From an uncultured candidate division WPS-2 bacterium (GTDB taxonomy: Bacteria > Vulcanimicrobiota > Vulcanimicrobiia > Vulcanimicrobiales > Vulcanimicrobiaceae), in assembly GCA_937927945.1 (NCBI GenBank), contig CALEYW010000092.1, forward strand, positions 25,469 to 89,468: a DNA stretch of 64,000 bases. The letters run 5' to 3'. The notes beneath the pieces were generated by a model, which had not been told where the DNA came from, searched no databases, and saw only the letters and a program-made list of their open reading frames with translations. The translations under genes were made by a program, and so were the position numbers. Position 1 is the stretch's first letter. Each line of letters opens with the position of its first letter. This document shows positions 17,294 through 26,383 of the stretch, piece after piece.

Positions 17294-18439
17294 ATGCGCC
17301 GAACGATCGCTCTTCTCGCCGCGCTCGCTTGCGGCATGCTGCCGGCCGAAGCGCGCTCACCCGTCGCGATCGGACGCTTTCCGAGCGGTACGGTCGACGG
17401 GATAACCGATGTTCCCGGCGTGCGCGTCGCCCACGTGACGAAGATCGAAGGAACCGACGTGCGCACCGGCGCGACCGCGATCGTGCCGAACGCGGACACC
17501 TGGAACGATCGCGTCGCGGCCGCGACGTTCGATCTCAACGGCAACGGCGAGATGACGGGCGCGCATTGGGTGAACCAAGCCGGCTTCCTCGAAGTGCCGA
17601 TCGTATTGACCGACACGCTGGACGTCGGCCGGGCCGACGACGGCGTCGTGTCGTGGCTGATTGCCAAGCACCCGCAGATCGGGCGGGCCGACGACGTTCC
17701 GCTGCCGGTCGTCGCCGAGTGCGACGACCAGGCACTCAACGACATCCAGCGCCGTGCGGTCCGCGCCGAGGACGTCGTCGCGATGCTCGACGCCGCCAAG
17801 GACGGCGATTTCCCACGCGGCAACGTCGGCGCCGGAACCGGAATGATCGGATTCGGTCTCGCCGCGGGGATCGGCTCGGCCTCGCGAGTGCTCCCGAAGA
17901 ACCTCGGCGGCTACACGCTCGGCGTGCTGGTGAACGTCAACATCGGCTCCCAGCCGCGGGACACGTTGCGCATCGACGGCGTTCCGGTCGGCCGCGCGCT
18001 TGCGGGCGAGCTGAAGCCGGTCTTCCCGCGCCGCGCCGGCTACGTGGCGCCGGTGCGCGGCCGCGCCGCGGACGGCAGCATCATCATCGTCGTCGCGACC
18101 GACGCGCCGTTCGATTACGCTCGGCTGCGCGACATCGCGAAGCGCGCGACGATGGGTCTGGCGCGCACCGGTTCGACCTCGCGCGTCTCGAGCGGCGATC
18201 TGTTTCTGGCGTTCTCGACGACGCATCGCTATCCGCGCGACGGCGGGATCGCCGGTCCCGCGGTGGAGACCGATGAAGGCCGCATCAACGCGCTGTTCGA
18301 GGCGACCGCCGACGCGACCGAAGCGGCGGTCGACGACGCGCTGTTCAGCGCGCACACGGTCACCGGCCGCGGCGGCGTGACGGTCTTCAACTTGCCCTAC
18401 GAGCGCGTGCGCCCGCTGCTCGCCCGCCCCGCCCCGTAG
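17294..18439 (+). CDS. P1/S58 (DmpA-like) family aminopeptidase, secreted
   Basis: A signal peptide 'MRRTIALLAALACGMLPAEA' is followed by 'GITDVPGVRVAHVT...TGATAIVP' and 'GNVGAGTGM', as in DmpA/L-aminopeptidase-D-esterase. Confidence 0.75.
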   Translation: MRRTIALLAALACGMLPAEARSPVAIGRFPSGTVDGITDVPGVRVAHVTKIEGTDVRTGATAIVPNADTWNDRVAAATFDLNGNGEMTGAHWVNQAGFLEVPIVLTDTLDVGRADDGVVSWLIAKHPQIGRADDVPLPVVAECDDQALNDIQRRAVRAEDVVAMLDAAKDGDFPRGNVGAGTGMIGFGLAAGIGSASRVLPKNLGGYTLGVLVNVNIGSQPRDTLRIDGVPVGRALAGELKPVFPRRAGYVAPVRGRAADGSIIIVVATDAPFDYARLRDIAKRATMGLARTGSTSRVSSGDLFLAFSTTHRYPRDGGIAGPAVETDEGRINALFEATADATEAAVDDALFSAHTVTGRGGVTVFNLPYERVRPLLARPAP

Positions 18440-18458
18440 AGCGCCGCTTGCTGCTGGT

Positions 18459-19859
18459 TCAGGTGCGGCCTGCGTGGCGAGAATAGCTCAAGATCGCTCC
18501 GTCGTGCAGGAGGAGCGCGCGCAGCTCCGCGACCTCGCTCGCGTCGCGGGCCACCGCGAGAAAGCTTTGCCCTTCGCGCTGCGCCAGCGCAGCGGCGACT
18601 CCGGCCGCTTCGCCCTCTTCGATCGTCGTCGGGATGACGCGCGCGCTGCCGGCCGCGACGTGCGTCGCGCTGATCGCCGCCGAGGCCAAGATCAGGTTGG
18701 TCAGATCGCGCGGCACGAGCGTCCCGAACGGAATGCCGTAGACGTGCCGCGACGGCGCGTACGCGAGACGGTCGGTCGGCGTGACGGGATGCAGATCGAG
18801 GGGATACGACGAGAGGCCGATCGTGTCGTCGGGGATGTTGCCGCCCCAGACGTCAGTCGCGGTGAGGCGTTCGACGCCCGCGAAATGACGCGTTTCGCGC
18901 ACGTACACGGCGTCGGCGTAGCGGTCGATGGAGGCGTGTTCGAAGCCGGGCAGCCGGTCGCGCAAGAACGCGAGCAGACGCGGCGTCTCGCGCATGCTCA
19001 AGGCGCGCGCTCGGGCCAGGTCGCGTTCGGAGAGTCCGTCGACGCCGAGCACGTCGATCGCATTGACCGTGACGTCGCCGCTCGGCTCGTGACCGACGTT
19101 GAGATCCCGCACGAGCACCTGCGGTGAGAGCGGGCGATATCCGGCCAGCAGCTTCGCGTAGCCCCAGGCGCGCCGCGGCGTCGCCCCGCCGGCTCCGTAG
19201 CTCGCCGCATCGTATCCGTTCGCGACGGAGCTCCACGCGACGCCGCGCAGCGAGAACATCAGCGTGACCGCTTGCGTGCGTTCGTCGATCCCCGTGTCCT
19301 GGCGACCGAGATCGAAGCGCGCGCCGGCGAGCGCAGCGACGTCACCGTCGTCCGTTGCATCGACGACGTACTGCGCCGCGACGGCGAACGTCGTGCCGCT
19401 CGTGCTGCGAAAGCGCACCGACCGGACGGCGCGACCGCCGGCGGCGGATTCCGTCGCGACGTCCGTGATCCGTGCGCCGGTGACGACGTGGATGCGCGGT
19501 TCGGCCGCCACCAGCGCGGCGAACGCCTCCGCGGCGGCCTGCGGCGTGAACGCGTCGCCCAGCGCGGCGTGGATCTGCGCGAAGATTCCGCCTTCGATCG
19601 CCCCGCCGTCGGGCGCGACGTTGAGATCCCACTGATCCATCATGCCGTCGGTCAGGATACCGCCGAGGTCCCGTCGCCGTGCCACCAGCGTGACGTCCGC
19701 CCCGGCGCGCGCCGCGGTGACGGCCGCCGCGACGCCGGCCGGCGTTCCGCCGACGACGAGGATCGCAGGGCTCGTCTGGGCGAGCGCCGGTGAGCGGAAT
19801 GTGGTGATGAGGAGCGCTGCCAGAGCGGCCGCGCCTGCAAAGCGTCGGATCATCGTCAT
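18459..19859 (-). CDS. Secreted FAD-dependent oxidoreductase (FAD_oxidored family)
   Basis: A signal-like N-terminus is followed by the dinucleotide-binding 'ILVVGGTPAGVAAAVTAARAGADVTLV'. I chose the internal ATG at 19859 ('MTMIRRF'). Confidence 0.7.
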   Translation of the reverse strand: MTMIRRFAGAAALAALLITTFRSPALAQTSPAILVVGGTPAGVAAAVTAARAGADVTLVARRRDLGGILTDGMMDQWDLNVAPDGGAIEGGIFAQIHAALGDAFTPQAAAEAFAALVAAEPRIHVVTGARITDVATESAAGGRAVRSVRFRSTSGTTFAVAAQYVVDATDDGDVAALAGARFDLGRQDTGIDERTQAVTLMFSLRGVAWSSVANGYDAASYGAGGATPRRAWGYAKLLAGYRPLSPQVLVRDLNVGHEPSGDVTVNAIDVLGVDGLSERDLARARALSMRETPRLLAFLRDRLPGFEHASIDRYADAVYVRETRHFAGVERLTATDVWGGNIPDDTIGLSSYPLDLHPVTPTDRLAYAPSRHVYGIPFGTLVPRDLTNLILASAAISATHVAAGSARVIPTTIEEGEAAGVAAALAQREGQSFLAVARDASEVAELRALLLHDGAILSYSRHAGRT

Positions 19860-19958
19860 CCAAGGAACGCAATCGCGCCGCGAATGATTCGCAAGAGGAC
19901 AACCCTCTCGGCGCGCAAAGGGCCGGCGCAAAAAGCCGGCCCTTTGACTGCTGAACAT

Positions 19959-20045
19959 CGGAGAGGGGGAGATTCGAACTCCCGATACCTTTTACAGTAT
20001 GCTCGCTTTCCAAGCGAGTGCATTCGACCACTCTGCCACCTCTCC
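19959..20045 (-). tRNA. tRNA-Ser (anticodon GGA)
   Basis: The reverse complement folds as a class-II tRNA. The acceptor stem is GGAGAGG/CCTCTCC. The anticodon stem CTCGC/GCGAG carries the loop TTGGAAA. There is a long variable arm and the T-arm GGGAG-TTCGAAT-CTCCC. No CCA is encoded. Confidence 0.9.
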
Positions 20046-20098
20046 GCGGCCAGCGGCCCTATTTCACGCCCGTGGGGGTGAAGGCCTCGCGGATGCGC

Positions 20099-20613
20099 TC
20101 AGAAGTCGTATTCGGCCTGCGCGCGGTTGTATTTGAAGAGTGGCACGCCGCCGTAGAGCGGAGCGTTCGTGTAGGTGTGCGCGCCCATAGCGCAGCAAGA
20201 GTCCAGGGTACGGCTTGCCGGGGAGCACGCGGTTCGCGAAGAACTGCACGTCGGCGTCGGTTTCGGCGGTCTGCTGCGGAGCGACCAGGTTTCCGTAATC
20301 GTAGAACCGCGCGGCTGACGCCGACGATGAGACGCTTGTCGTTCGAGGCCCAGCTCGCCGTCAGTTTCGCACCGCTGCCGGGCGCGCGACGGTCGGCCAT
20401 CAAGTGGTCGTGCCCTTCTTGACGCCGAACGATCGTCTCGGTGTGCGAAGGGATCGGGTTGTAGCCGAGCGAGACGCTGACGTTCCGCGTCACGGCTGCG
20501 CCGATCCGCGCGCCGACGATCGAACCCTCGATCTTCCCGATGATCGCCGAACCCGTTTCACGCGAGGTTCGAGGTGAGCTGCCGATCGGCGTACCTTCGA
20601 GGTCGACGTACGT
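20099..20613 (-). pseudogene. 3' remnant of an outer-membrane beta-barrel (porin-like) gene, frame-disrupted
   Basis: The terminal frame reads '...HTYTNAPLYGGVPLFKYNRAQAEYDF*', with the C-terminal aromatic typical of OMP barrels. Upstream beta-strand-like text ('VSVSLGYNPIPSH', 'AARFYDYGNLVAPQQTAETDADVQFFANR') sits in two other frames. There is no N-terminus or signal peptide. Confidence 0.4.
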
Positions 20614-20649
20614 CTACGAATCTGGGCATCACGCGTCGGCGTGTTGCCG

Positions 20650-21482
20650 CTAGATGCGGGCGGGATGCCAGATGGTCTTCGTCTCGGTGAACGCGACGAC
20701 GCGGTCGAGGTCGTCGTAACGCGCGTCGAACCATCCGTCGCGCGCAGGTGCGTCTTCGAAGTGCGTCCGCTTGACGTTTTCGGCGGCGAGTTGACCGAGT
20801 TTGCGTTCGAAGATCCCCTCGAGGCCGAAGGCGGCGAGGGCATTGACGTCCATGTGGCCGGCGAGAACGGGACCGAGTTCAGCGCGCGTTCCGGTGAGGA
20901 CGTTGCACGCGCCGGCGGGTAGATCGCTCGTCGCGAGACACTCCGCGAAGACGATCGCGCTGCGCGGGTCGCGCTCTCCCGCGACGACGACGACGCCGTT
21001 TCCGCCCACGAGCGCCGGCAGTACCGCGGTGACCATCCCCAAGAGCGCCGGCTCGTCGGGTGCGAGCACGGCGACGATTCCGGTCGGCTCGGCCGTCGAG
21101 AAGTTGAAGTGCGGCCCGTTGACCGGATTGCGGCTGGACGCGAGCGCGACCCACTTGTCGGCCCAACCGGCATACCAGACGGTGCGGTCGATTGCCGCGG
21201 CAACCTCGCGTGCGGCCGCCCCGGCGTCGACCGTCCCGCCGAGGACGAGCTGCGCCGCAAGCTCCGCCGCGCGCGCCTCCATCATCTCCGCCAAGCGGTA
21301 GAGAACGAGTCCGCGCGTCGCCGGCGCCTGGTCGGACCACTTTGCGAAGCCGGCGCGCGCCGCGACGACCGCATCGCGGACGTCCTTACGCGAGGCGTGC
21401 GCGACGTTCTCGCCGCCGATCTGATCGCTGCGGGCCGACTCGCTCCGCGCGAACGCGCCGTTGATGTAGAGCTTGTACATCT
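20650..21482 (-). CDS. Aldehyde-dehydrogenase-like protein lacking the catalytic domain
   Basis: The N-terminal/NAD-binding half of ALDH is present ('YINGAF...DVRDAVVAARAGFAKW', 'EPTGIVAVLAP', 'ALVGGNGVVVVAGE', 'ACNVLTG'). After 'NVKRTHFED' (the position of the ELGGK box) the ORF runs straight into a short ALDH-tail-like 'FTETKTIW'. No catalytic Cys region is present. Confidence 0.6.
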
Positions 21483-21530
21483 TGCGAATTCCGACCCGGC
21501 CTTCCGACTTCATCGGCGAAGACTTCCGAC

Positions 21531-22280
21531 ATGGAGCCGCGCTTCCTCGGACTCGACCTCGCCTGGTCGGAGAAGAATCCGTCCGGACTCGCGGCTCTCG
21601 ACCGCGGAGGCCGGCTTCTCGCCCTCTGCAGCGATCGGCGCGGTGACGATGAGATCGTGACCTGGGTCCGGCGTTGGCTCGGCGACCGGGGCGCGATCGC
21701 GATCGACATGCCGACGATCGTCCGCAACGAATCCGGATCGCGCTCCTGCGAACGAGCCCTGCGGGTCGACTTCCGCGCGCACGACGCGGGTCCGTATCCG
21801 GCGAATACCGGTCTGCCGCTGTTCAACGATGGAGGTCGCGCGCACCGGCTCCTGGCGGACCTGGAGAAAGATGGGGTCGTGCACGATTGCAGCGTCGGCC
21901 CAAGCGATCCCAGAACGGTGGCTTTCGAAGTCTTCCCGCACCCGGCGATGATCGAGCTGTTCCGACTGGAGCGGATCATCGCATACAAGAAGAAGCAGCG
22001 GAGCTGGGAACGAGTGCTCGCGGAATGGACGCGTTACCGTGCGCTGCTGGGATCGCTGGCCGAGGCGGACCCGCCGCTGGCGATCGGGCCGGACTTCGAT
22101 CTCCCCGCCACGGTCGACAAGCACCGTTACAAGCGCCGCGACGATGAGCTCGACGCGATCCTGTGCGCGTACGTCGCCTCGTTCGTCTGGCGCCACGGGA
22201 CCGCGTCGGAGCGAGTGCGCGTCTACGGGGACATGACCGACGGTCACATCGTGGTCCCGTTGAGCAAGCGGCCGCGATGA
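21531..22280 (+). CDS. DUF429 domain protein (predicted RNase H-like fold)
   Basis: 'FLGLDLAWSEKNPSGLA' at the N-terminus and 'DELDAILCAYVA' near the C-terminus are the hallmark DUF429 motifs. Confidence 0.7.
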   Translation: MEPRFLGLDLAWSEKNPSGLAALDRGGRLLALCSDRRGDDEIVTWVRRWLGDRGAIAIDMPTIVRNESGSRSCERALRVDFRAHDAGPYPANTGLPLFNDGGRAHRLLADLEKDGVVHDCSVGPSDPRTVAFEVFPHPAMIELFRLERIIAYKKKQRSWERVLAEWTRYRALLGSLAEADPPLAIGPDFDLPATVDKHRYKRRDDELDAILCAYVASFVWRHGTASERVRVYGDMTDGHIVVPLSKRPR

Positions 22281-22379
22281 AGCGTTCGCGAGGTGGGTAC
22301 ACGTGGGAACTCTAGGCCTGCGCCCTGGACGCATTTTCACGAGCCGCGCTACCGAACCGGAGTTGATCCTGTGGTGACG

Positions 22380-22925
22380 ATGAAAGATTCCCAGCCCTTC
22401 CTGACCGACGTCAAAGAGTTGCGCCGGCGCGCCAGAGAGCAAATGGACAAGGGTGCCGTGACGGAAGACTACGGCCTGGACCCCAAGCAAGCCGTCGAGG
22501 TGCTGCAAAATGCGCTCGCCACCGAGATCGTGTGCGTGCTGCGCTACACGATGCACAGCATCGCCGCGACGGGCATCAACAGCCAGGGCGCTAAGGACCA
22601 GTTCTCGGAGCACGCGGAAGAAGAAAAGGAACACATGGAGCAGATCGCCGAGCGGATCAACCAGCTCGGCGGCACACCGAACTTCAACCCGGAAGGCCTC
22701 GCTTCGCGTGCGGCGTCGGAGTACGGCAAGGGCGAGCTCGACCTGGTCGGGATGATCAAGGAGAATTTGGTCGCGGAGCGCGTCGCGATCGAGCACTACC
22801 GCGAGCTGGTCAACTACTTCGGCGAAAAGGATCCGACCACGCGCACGATGCTCGAAGAGATTCTCTCGGTCGAAGAAGAGCACGCCAACGACATGGTCGA
22901 CCTGCTCTCGGCGCACGCAGGATAA
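22380..22925 (+). CDS. Ferritin-like / bacterioferritin-family protein
   Basis: Four-helix-bundle di-iron spacing is visible ('ATEIVCVLRY', 'EHAEEEKEHMEQIAERI', 'AERVAIEHY', 'EEILSVEEEHANDMVDLL'). The internal ATG at 22380 gives ~181 aa. Confidence 0.7.
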   Translation: MKDSQPFLTDVKELRRRAREQMDKGAVTEDYGLDPKQAVEVLQNALATEIVCVLRYTMHSIAATGINSQGAKDQFSEHAEEEKEHMEQIAERINQLGGTPNFNPEGLASRAASEYGKGELDLVGMIKENLVAERVAIEHYRELVNYFGEKDPTTRTMLEEILSVEEEHANDMVDLLSAHAG

Positions 22926-22954
22926 TCGATGCGCGCGCGCCCATAGCGCGCAGC

Positions 22955-23557
22955 GTGGAACTGCTCTGCGTGCGCCATGGGCGCACGGCCTGGAACGCCG
23001 ACCAGCGCTTTCAGGGACATTCGGACATCCCGCTCGACGACGAGGGCCGCGCGCAAGCGACGGCCCTCGGCGCGTTGCTGGCCGACGAGCGGATCGACGC
23101 GGCCGTCGCCAGCGACCTCGAGCGCGCGGCCGAAACGGCGCGGATCGTGCTCGGGAAGCGCGCGCTTCCGCTTCGCCTGGATCCCGACTGGCGCGAACTC
23201 CGTTTCGGCGACTGGGAAGGTCTGACGTGGCAGCAGATCGTGGCCGCGAACCCGCACCTGGATGAGACGAGCGCGACCTCGGTGCGCGAGTACGCGCCCG
23301 CCGGCGGCGAATCGTTCGCGGAGCTGTGCGACCGGGTCGCGCGGGCGAAGGACCGCATCGTGGGCGAGGTCGGCGACGACGGCGTCGCGCTCGTGGCCAC
23401 CCACGCCGGCCCTTTGCACGCGCTGCTGCACGTGCTGCTCGGCGAGGACGAGGCGCCGAAGGTGCGCTTCCTGACCGCTTCGATCACCCGCTTCCGGCGG
23501 GTCGACGGGGCGTGGCGCCTCGTGCGTCTCAACGAGACAGCGCTCGAGCGCCGCTAG
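22955..23557 (+). CDS. Histidine phosphatase (phosphoglycerate-mutase/CobC-like) family protein
   Basis: The 'LLCVRHGRTAWN' RHG motif and a downstream 'VATHAGPLHALL' His motif are present. The start is GTG. Confidence 0.8.
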   Translation: MELLCVRHGRTAWNADQRFQGHSDIPLDDEGRAQATALGALLADERIDAAVASDLERAAETARIVLGKRALPLRLDPDWRELRFGDWEGLTWQQIVAANPHLDETSATSVREYAPAGGESFAELCDRVARAKDRIVGEVGDDGVALVATHAGPLHALLHVLLGEDEAPKVRFLTASITRFRRVDGAWRLVRLNETALERR

Positions 23558-23826
23558 CCCAGGAGGGCGCCGATCCGCTGCGTCAGGCCCGCCTCGTCGA
23601 TCCCCTCGCAGGCGAGCAGCTTGTTGCGGGCGCCGGCGCCGCGCAGCAGCGTGACGCGGCTGGGAGCGAGGTCCAGCCAAGCCGCCACGGCCCGGATGAC
23701 CGCCTCGTTCGCGCGGCCGTCGATCGCGCGCTCGCGGACCGCGACCACCACCTCGGCGCCGCGCCGCGTGATGCCGGCGGCCCGCGCGCCGGGCTTCGCA
23801 ACGACTTCCAGGCGCGCGGTCAGCAT
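23554..23826 (-). CDS. DUF167 (YggU/UPF0235) family protein
   Basis: The protein is 90 aa. 'VAKPGARAAGI...AVRERAIDGRANEAVIRAVAAWL' matches the YggU pattern. Confidence 0.7.
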   Translation of the reverse strand: MLTARLEVVAKPGARAAGITRRGAEVVVAVRERAIDGRANEAVIRAVAAWLDLAPSRVTLLRGAGARNKLLACEGIDEAGLTQRIGALLG

Positions 23827-23844
23827 CCGCGGAATTCCGGTCGG

Positions 23845-24387
23845 GTGAGTCTCGCAACACGCCAGAACCGGTTGAATCTCCCGCTGGGCGAACTAGCGCC
23901 CGACGCGATCAACGTGATCGTCGAGATCCCGAGCGGTTCGCGCAACAAGTACGAATACGACAAATCACTCGACATCTTCCGGCTCGATCGCGCGTTGCAC
24001 TCCCCGATCTTCTATCCAGGCGACTACGGCTTCGCGCCGCGCACGCTGGCGCTCGACGACGATCCACTCGACGTGCTGATCCTCGTCTCCGAGCCCACCT
24101 TCAGCGGGTGTCTCGTGCTCGCGCGGCCGATCGGGCTGCTGCGCATGCTGGACGACGGGAAGCAAGACGACAAGGTCCTCGCCGTGCCCGTCGGCGAGCC
24201 CGACTACGCCGACGTCCACAACTTCACGCAGATCTTCTCGCACCAGCTGCGCAAGATCCAGCACTTCTTCGAGACGTACAAGCTGCTCGAAGGCAAGCAC
24301 ACGAGCACCGGCGGCTGGGAAGACGCCGCGACCGCGCGCCGCGTAATCGCCGAATCCGCGCAGCGCTTCAGCGAAGAGCCCGCGTAG
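23845..24387 (+). CDS. ppa: Inorganic pyrophosphatase (family I)
   Basis: 'VIVEIPSGSRNKYEYD', 'YPGDYGFAPRTLALDDDPLDVLIL' and 'DDKVLAV' are present. Start is GTG at 23845 (alternative TTG at 23872). The upstream part of the 353-aa ORF is out-of-context. Confidence 0.85.
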   Translation: MSLATRQNRLNLPLGELAPDAINVIVEIPSGSRNKYEYDKSLDIFRLDRALHSPIFYPGDYGFAPRTLALDDDPLDVLILVSEPTFSGCLVLARPIGLLRMLDDGKQDDKVLAVPVGEPDYADVHNFTQIFSHQLRKIQHFFETYKLLEGKHTSTGGWEDAATARRVIAESAQRFSEEPA

Positions 24388-24393
24388 GGAACG

Positions 24394-24867
24394 CTACGGG
24401 CTGCCGTCCGCGGAGGCGAGTTTCGCGACCGCCGCCTTGAGGTCGGAGACGTCGCATTCGATCTTGGTCGCGATCTCGATCAAGATGTTCTCCTGCAGCT
24501 CCTGGTGGTAGAGCAGGCGCGAAATCGAATCGTGATCGTGCTCGGCGCGCAGTTCCGCGTGGGCGCTCGATTGGCGCTGACCGACCGCGAGGATGAAGAT
24601 CAGGATGAGCTGCAAGATGTTGGAGCACGTGAGCAGGAACGCGAACGGGTACGGGTCCAGCTTCGTGAAGATCCCGACGGGAATCCAGATGAACTGAATC
24701 AGGATCGCCAGGCCTAAGGCGAGCGGCGCACCGGTCGAGTCGGCGATGCGCTTGCAGATGCGTTCGACCGGCGTGAGGTTGTCCGCGTGCTCGGCGTTGA
24801 CGTCGTGAACGAGCGGGTGATCCGTGACGTCGATCGGTGTGGAAGGCGCGGTATCGGTGACGCTCAT
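24394..24867 (-). CDS. DUF1003 family membrane protein
   Basis: 'DPYPFAFLLTCSNILQLILIFILAVGQRQ...ELRAEHDH' matches the DUF1003 core, with two TM segments. Confidence 0.7.
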   Translation of the reverse strand: MSVTDTAPSTPIDVTDHPLVHDVNAEHADNLTPVERICKRIADSTGAPLALGLAILIQFIWIPVGIFTKLDPYPFAFLLTCSNILQLILIFILAVGQRQSSAHAELRAEHDHDSISRLLYHQELQENILIEIATKIECDVSDLKAAVAKLASADGSP

Positions 24868-24901
24868 GCCGGCCTATACGCCGCTCGCCTGCTTTGTGCC
24901 C

Positions 24902-25813
24902 CTACCGCGCGTTCCAACGCTCGAGCGCCGCTGGCCGCACGCCGGCGTCGCCGGCGATCGCGGCGGCGAAGAGCTCCGCGGTGTCGACCAGGCGCGGTCC
25001 GGGGCGATTGACGTAGGCGTTGCCGTCGACGACGAACGCGCGCCCGGTGCGCACGGCGCGCAGCGATTCGAACGCACGAGCCGCAGCTGGCGGCAGCGCT
25101 GCGACGGCGCGCACCGACGTTGCGAGATCGTAGCCGCACGGCGCGACGATGACGACGTCGGGATCGGCCGCCGCGATCGCGTCCCAGTCCAGCACCCGGC
25201 TGTTGGCGCCCGGATCGGCGAGAATCGGTTCGCCGCCGGCGAGCTCGACGAGTCCGGGCGTCCAGTGCCCGCCGCTCATCGGCGGATCGGTCCATTCGAG
25301 CACCAGGACGCGCGCCGCTGCACGAGCCGCGCTGCGCGCACGCAGCGCTTCCACCCGTTCGCGCAGCGTCGCCAGCAGTGCGGCCGCACCGTCGGGCGCA
25401 CCGACGAGATCGCCGACGAACGCGATCGTGGAGAACACGTCCTCGAGCGACGAGGGCTCGAGCGAAACGACACGCGGATCACCCAACAGTCGCTTCGCGG
25501 CACGGTCGACGATCTCGTACGAGACGGCGCAGACGGCGCACAGTTCCTGGGTTATGATGAGATCCGGCTCGAGCGCCGCGAGCTTCGTGTCGTCCAGACC
25601 ATAGAGCGACGATCCCGCGTGGACGCTGGCGCGGACGTGGCGGTCGATCCCGGCGGCGTCGAGCTCGGCCGGCAGCAGCGACGAGGTGAGCGTTGGCAGC
25701 GCTCGCGCCTCCGGCGGGAAATCACATTCGTGCGTCACCCCGACGAGCCGGTCGCCGGCACTGACGCCGTAGACGATCTCGGTGGCACTCGGCAGCAGGC
25801 TCACGACGCGCAT
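24902..25813 (-). CDS. Cobalamin/siderophore-type periplasmic-binding-protein family protein (BtuF-like), no signal peptide
   Basis: 'MRVVSLLPSATEIVYGVSAGDRLVGVTHECDFP' and 'EPDLIITQELC' are typical of Peripla_BP_2/BtuF-like proteins. I chose the internal ATG at 25813. Confidence 0.7.
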   Translation of the reverse strand: MRVVSLLPSATEIVYGVSAGDRLVGVTHECDFPPEARALPTLTSSLLPAELDAAGIDRHVRASVHAGSSLYGLDDTKLAALEPDLIITQELCAVCAVSYEIVDRAAKRLLGDPRVVSLEPSSLEDVFSTIAFVGDLVGAPDGAAALLATLRERVEALRARSAARAAARVLVLEWTDPPMSGGHWTPGLVELAGGEPILADPGANSRVLDWDAIAAADPDVVIVAPCGYDLATSVRAVAALPPAAARAFESLRAVRTGRAFVVDGNAYVNRPGPRLVDTAELFAAAIAGDAGVRPAALERWNAR

Positions 25814-25866
25814 CGAGAGCTGCTTCGAACGAGAAAGACCGGTCGCCTCGGCGCCCGGCCTCCTGG

Positions 25867-26187
25867 TTATGGGCCCGCGGCGAGCGAAACCGCCACGAAA
25901 TGCGCGCCGATGACTTGCTGCGTGTCGAAGCTCTGGGATCCGATCGTCGGCTGTGCGCTCGCGCCGGCCGTGCCGTCGTAGTGGACCGTCACGGTACCAA
26001 CCACCGACGGAGCGAGAATCCCGATCCCGGCCTGCGTGGGCGGCTGCGGACCGCCGGTGTTGGGCGCCGAGCTCGGCGTCGCGGTCGGATTCACGGTGGG
26101 CGGCGCGCTGTTGCTTCCGTTGCACCCGGACAGACCGGCGCAGACGAAAAACCCGACAAGCGAGGTCGTCCAAAAGGAGTGCCTCAA
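25867..26187 (-). CDS. Small lipoprotein, unknown function
   Basis: A TTG start is preceded by GAGGAAAG. The canonical lipobox 'GLSGC' follows a hydrophobic segment. The mature part is Pro/Thr/Gly-rich and short. There is no family match. Confidence 0.4.
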   Translation of the reverse strand: MRHSFWTTSLVGFFVCAGLSGCNGSNSAPPTVNPTATPSSAPNTGGPQPPTQAGIGILAPSVVGTVTVHYDGTAGASAQPTIGSQSFDTQQVIGAHFVAVSLAAGP

Positions 26188-26383
26188 AAATCTTTCCTCA
26201 AAAGAACCGGGAAGCAGGGGCGGCCATGGATGCCCGCCGTACGAGCCGAGCCGGTTCGCGGCGCCGTTCGCCGAGTACCTTCGACTATATGTGTACTTGA
26301 CGTGAGCGTGCCCGCGCGGGGGAGGAGGAGGCCGTCCGCGTGAATCTGGTCGGTCGCCTTTCCCGCCTTCCAGGAGTCCCGCC

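Noticed and set aside
19921-19941. Hairpin GGCCGGC-N7-GCCGGCC between tRNA-Ser and the FAD oxidoreductase gene as a terminator
   Set aside because: The stem is short and has no U-tract on the relevant (minus) strand. It could equally be a processing site or chance GC palindrome.
19860-20650. Integrated mobile element or genomic island at tRNA-Ser
   Set aside because: No integrase, transposase or excisionase ORF is present. I could not see a direct repeat of the tRNA 3' end within the window. Only a decayed porin fragment remains, reported as a finding with modest interest.
25814-26383. Possible cobalamin riboswitch upstream of the BtuF-like gene or the small lipoprotein gene
   Set aside because: No B12-box-like element or GCCACTG-type core is seen on the minus strand. 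The BtuF-like protein also lacks a signal peptide and transporter partners.
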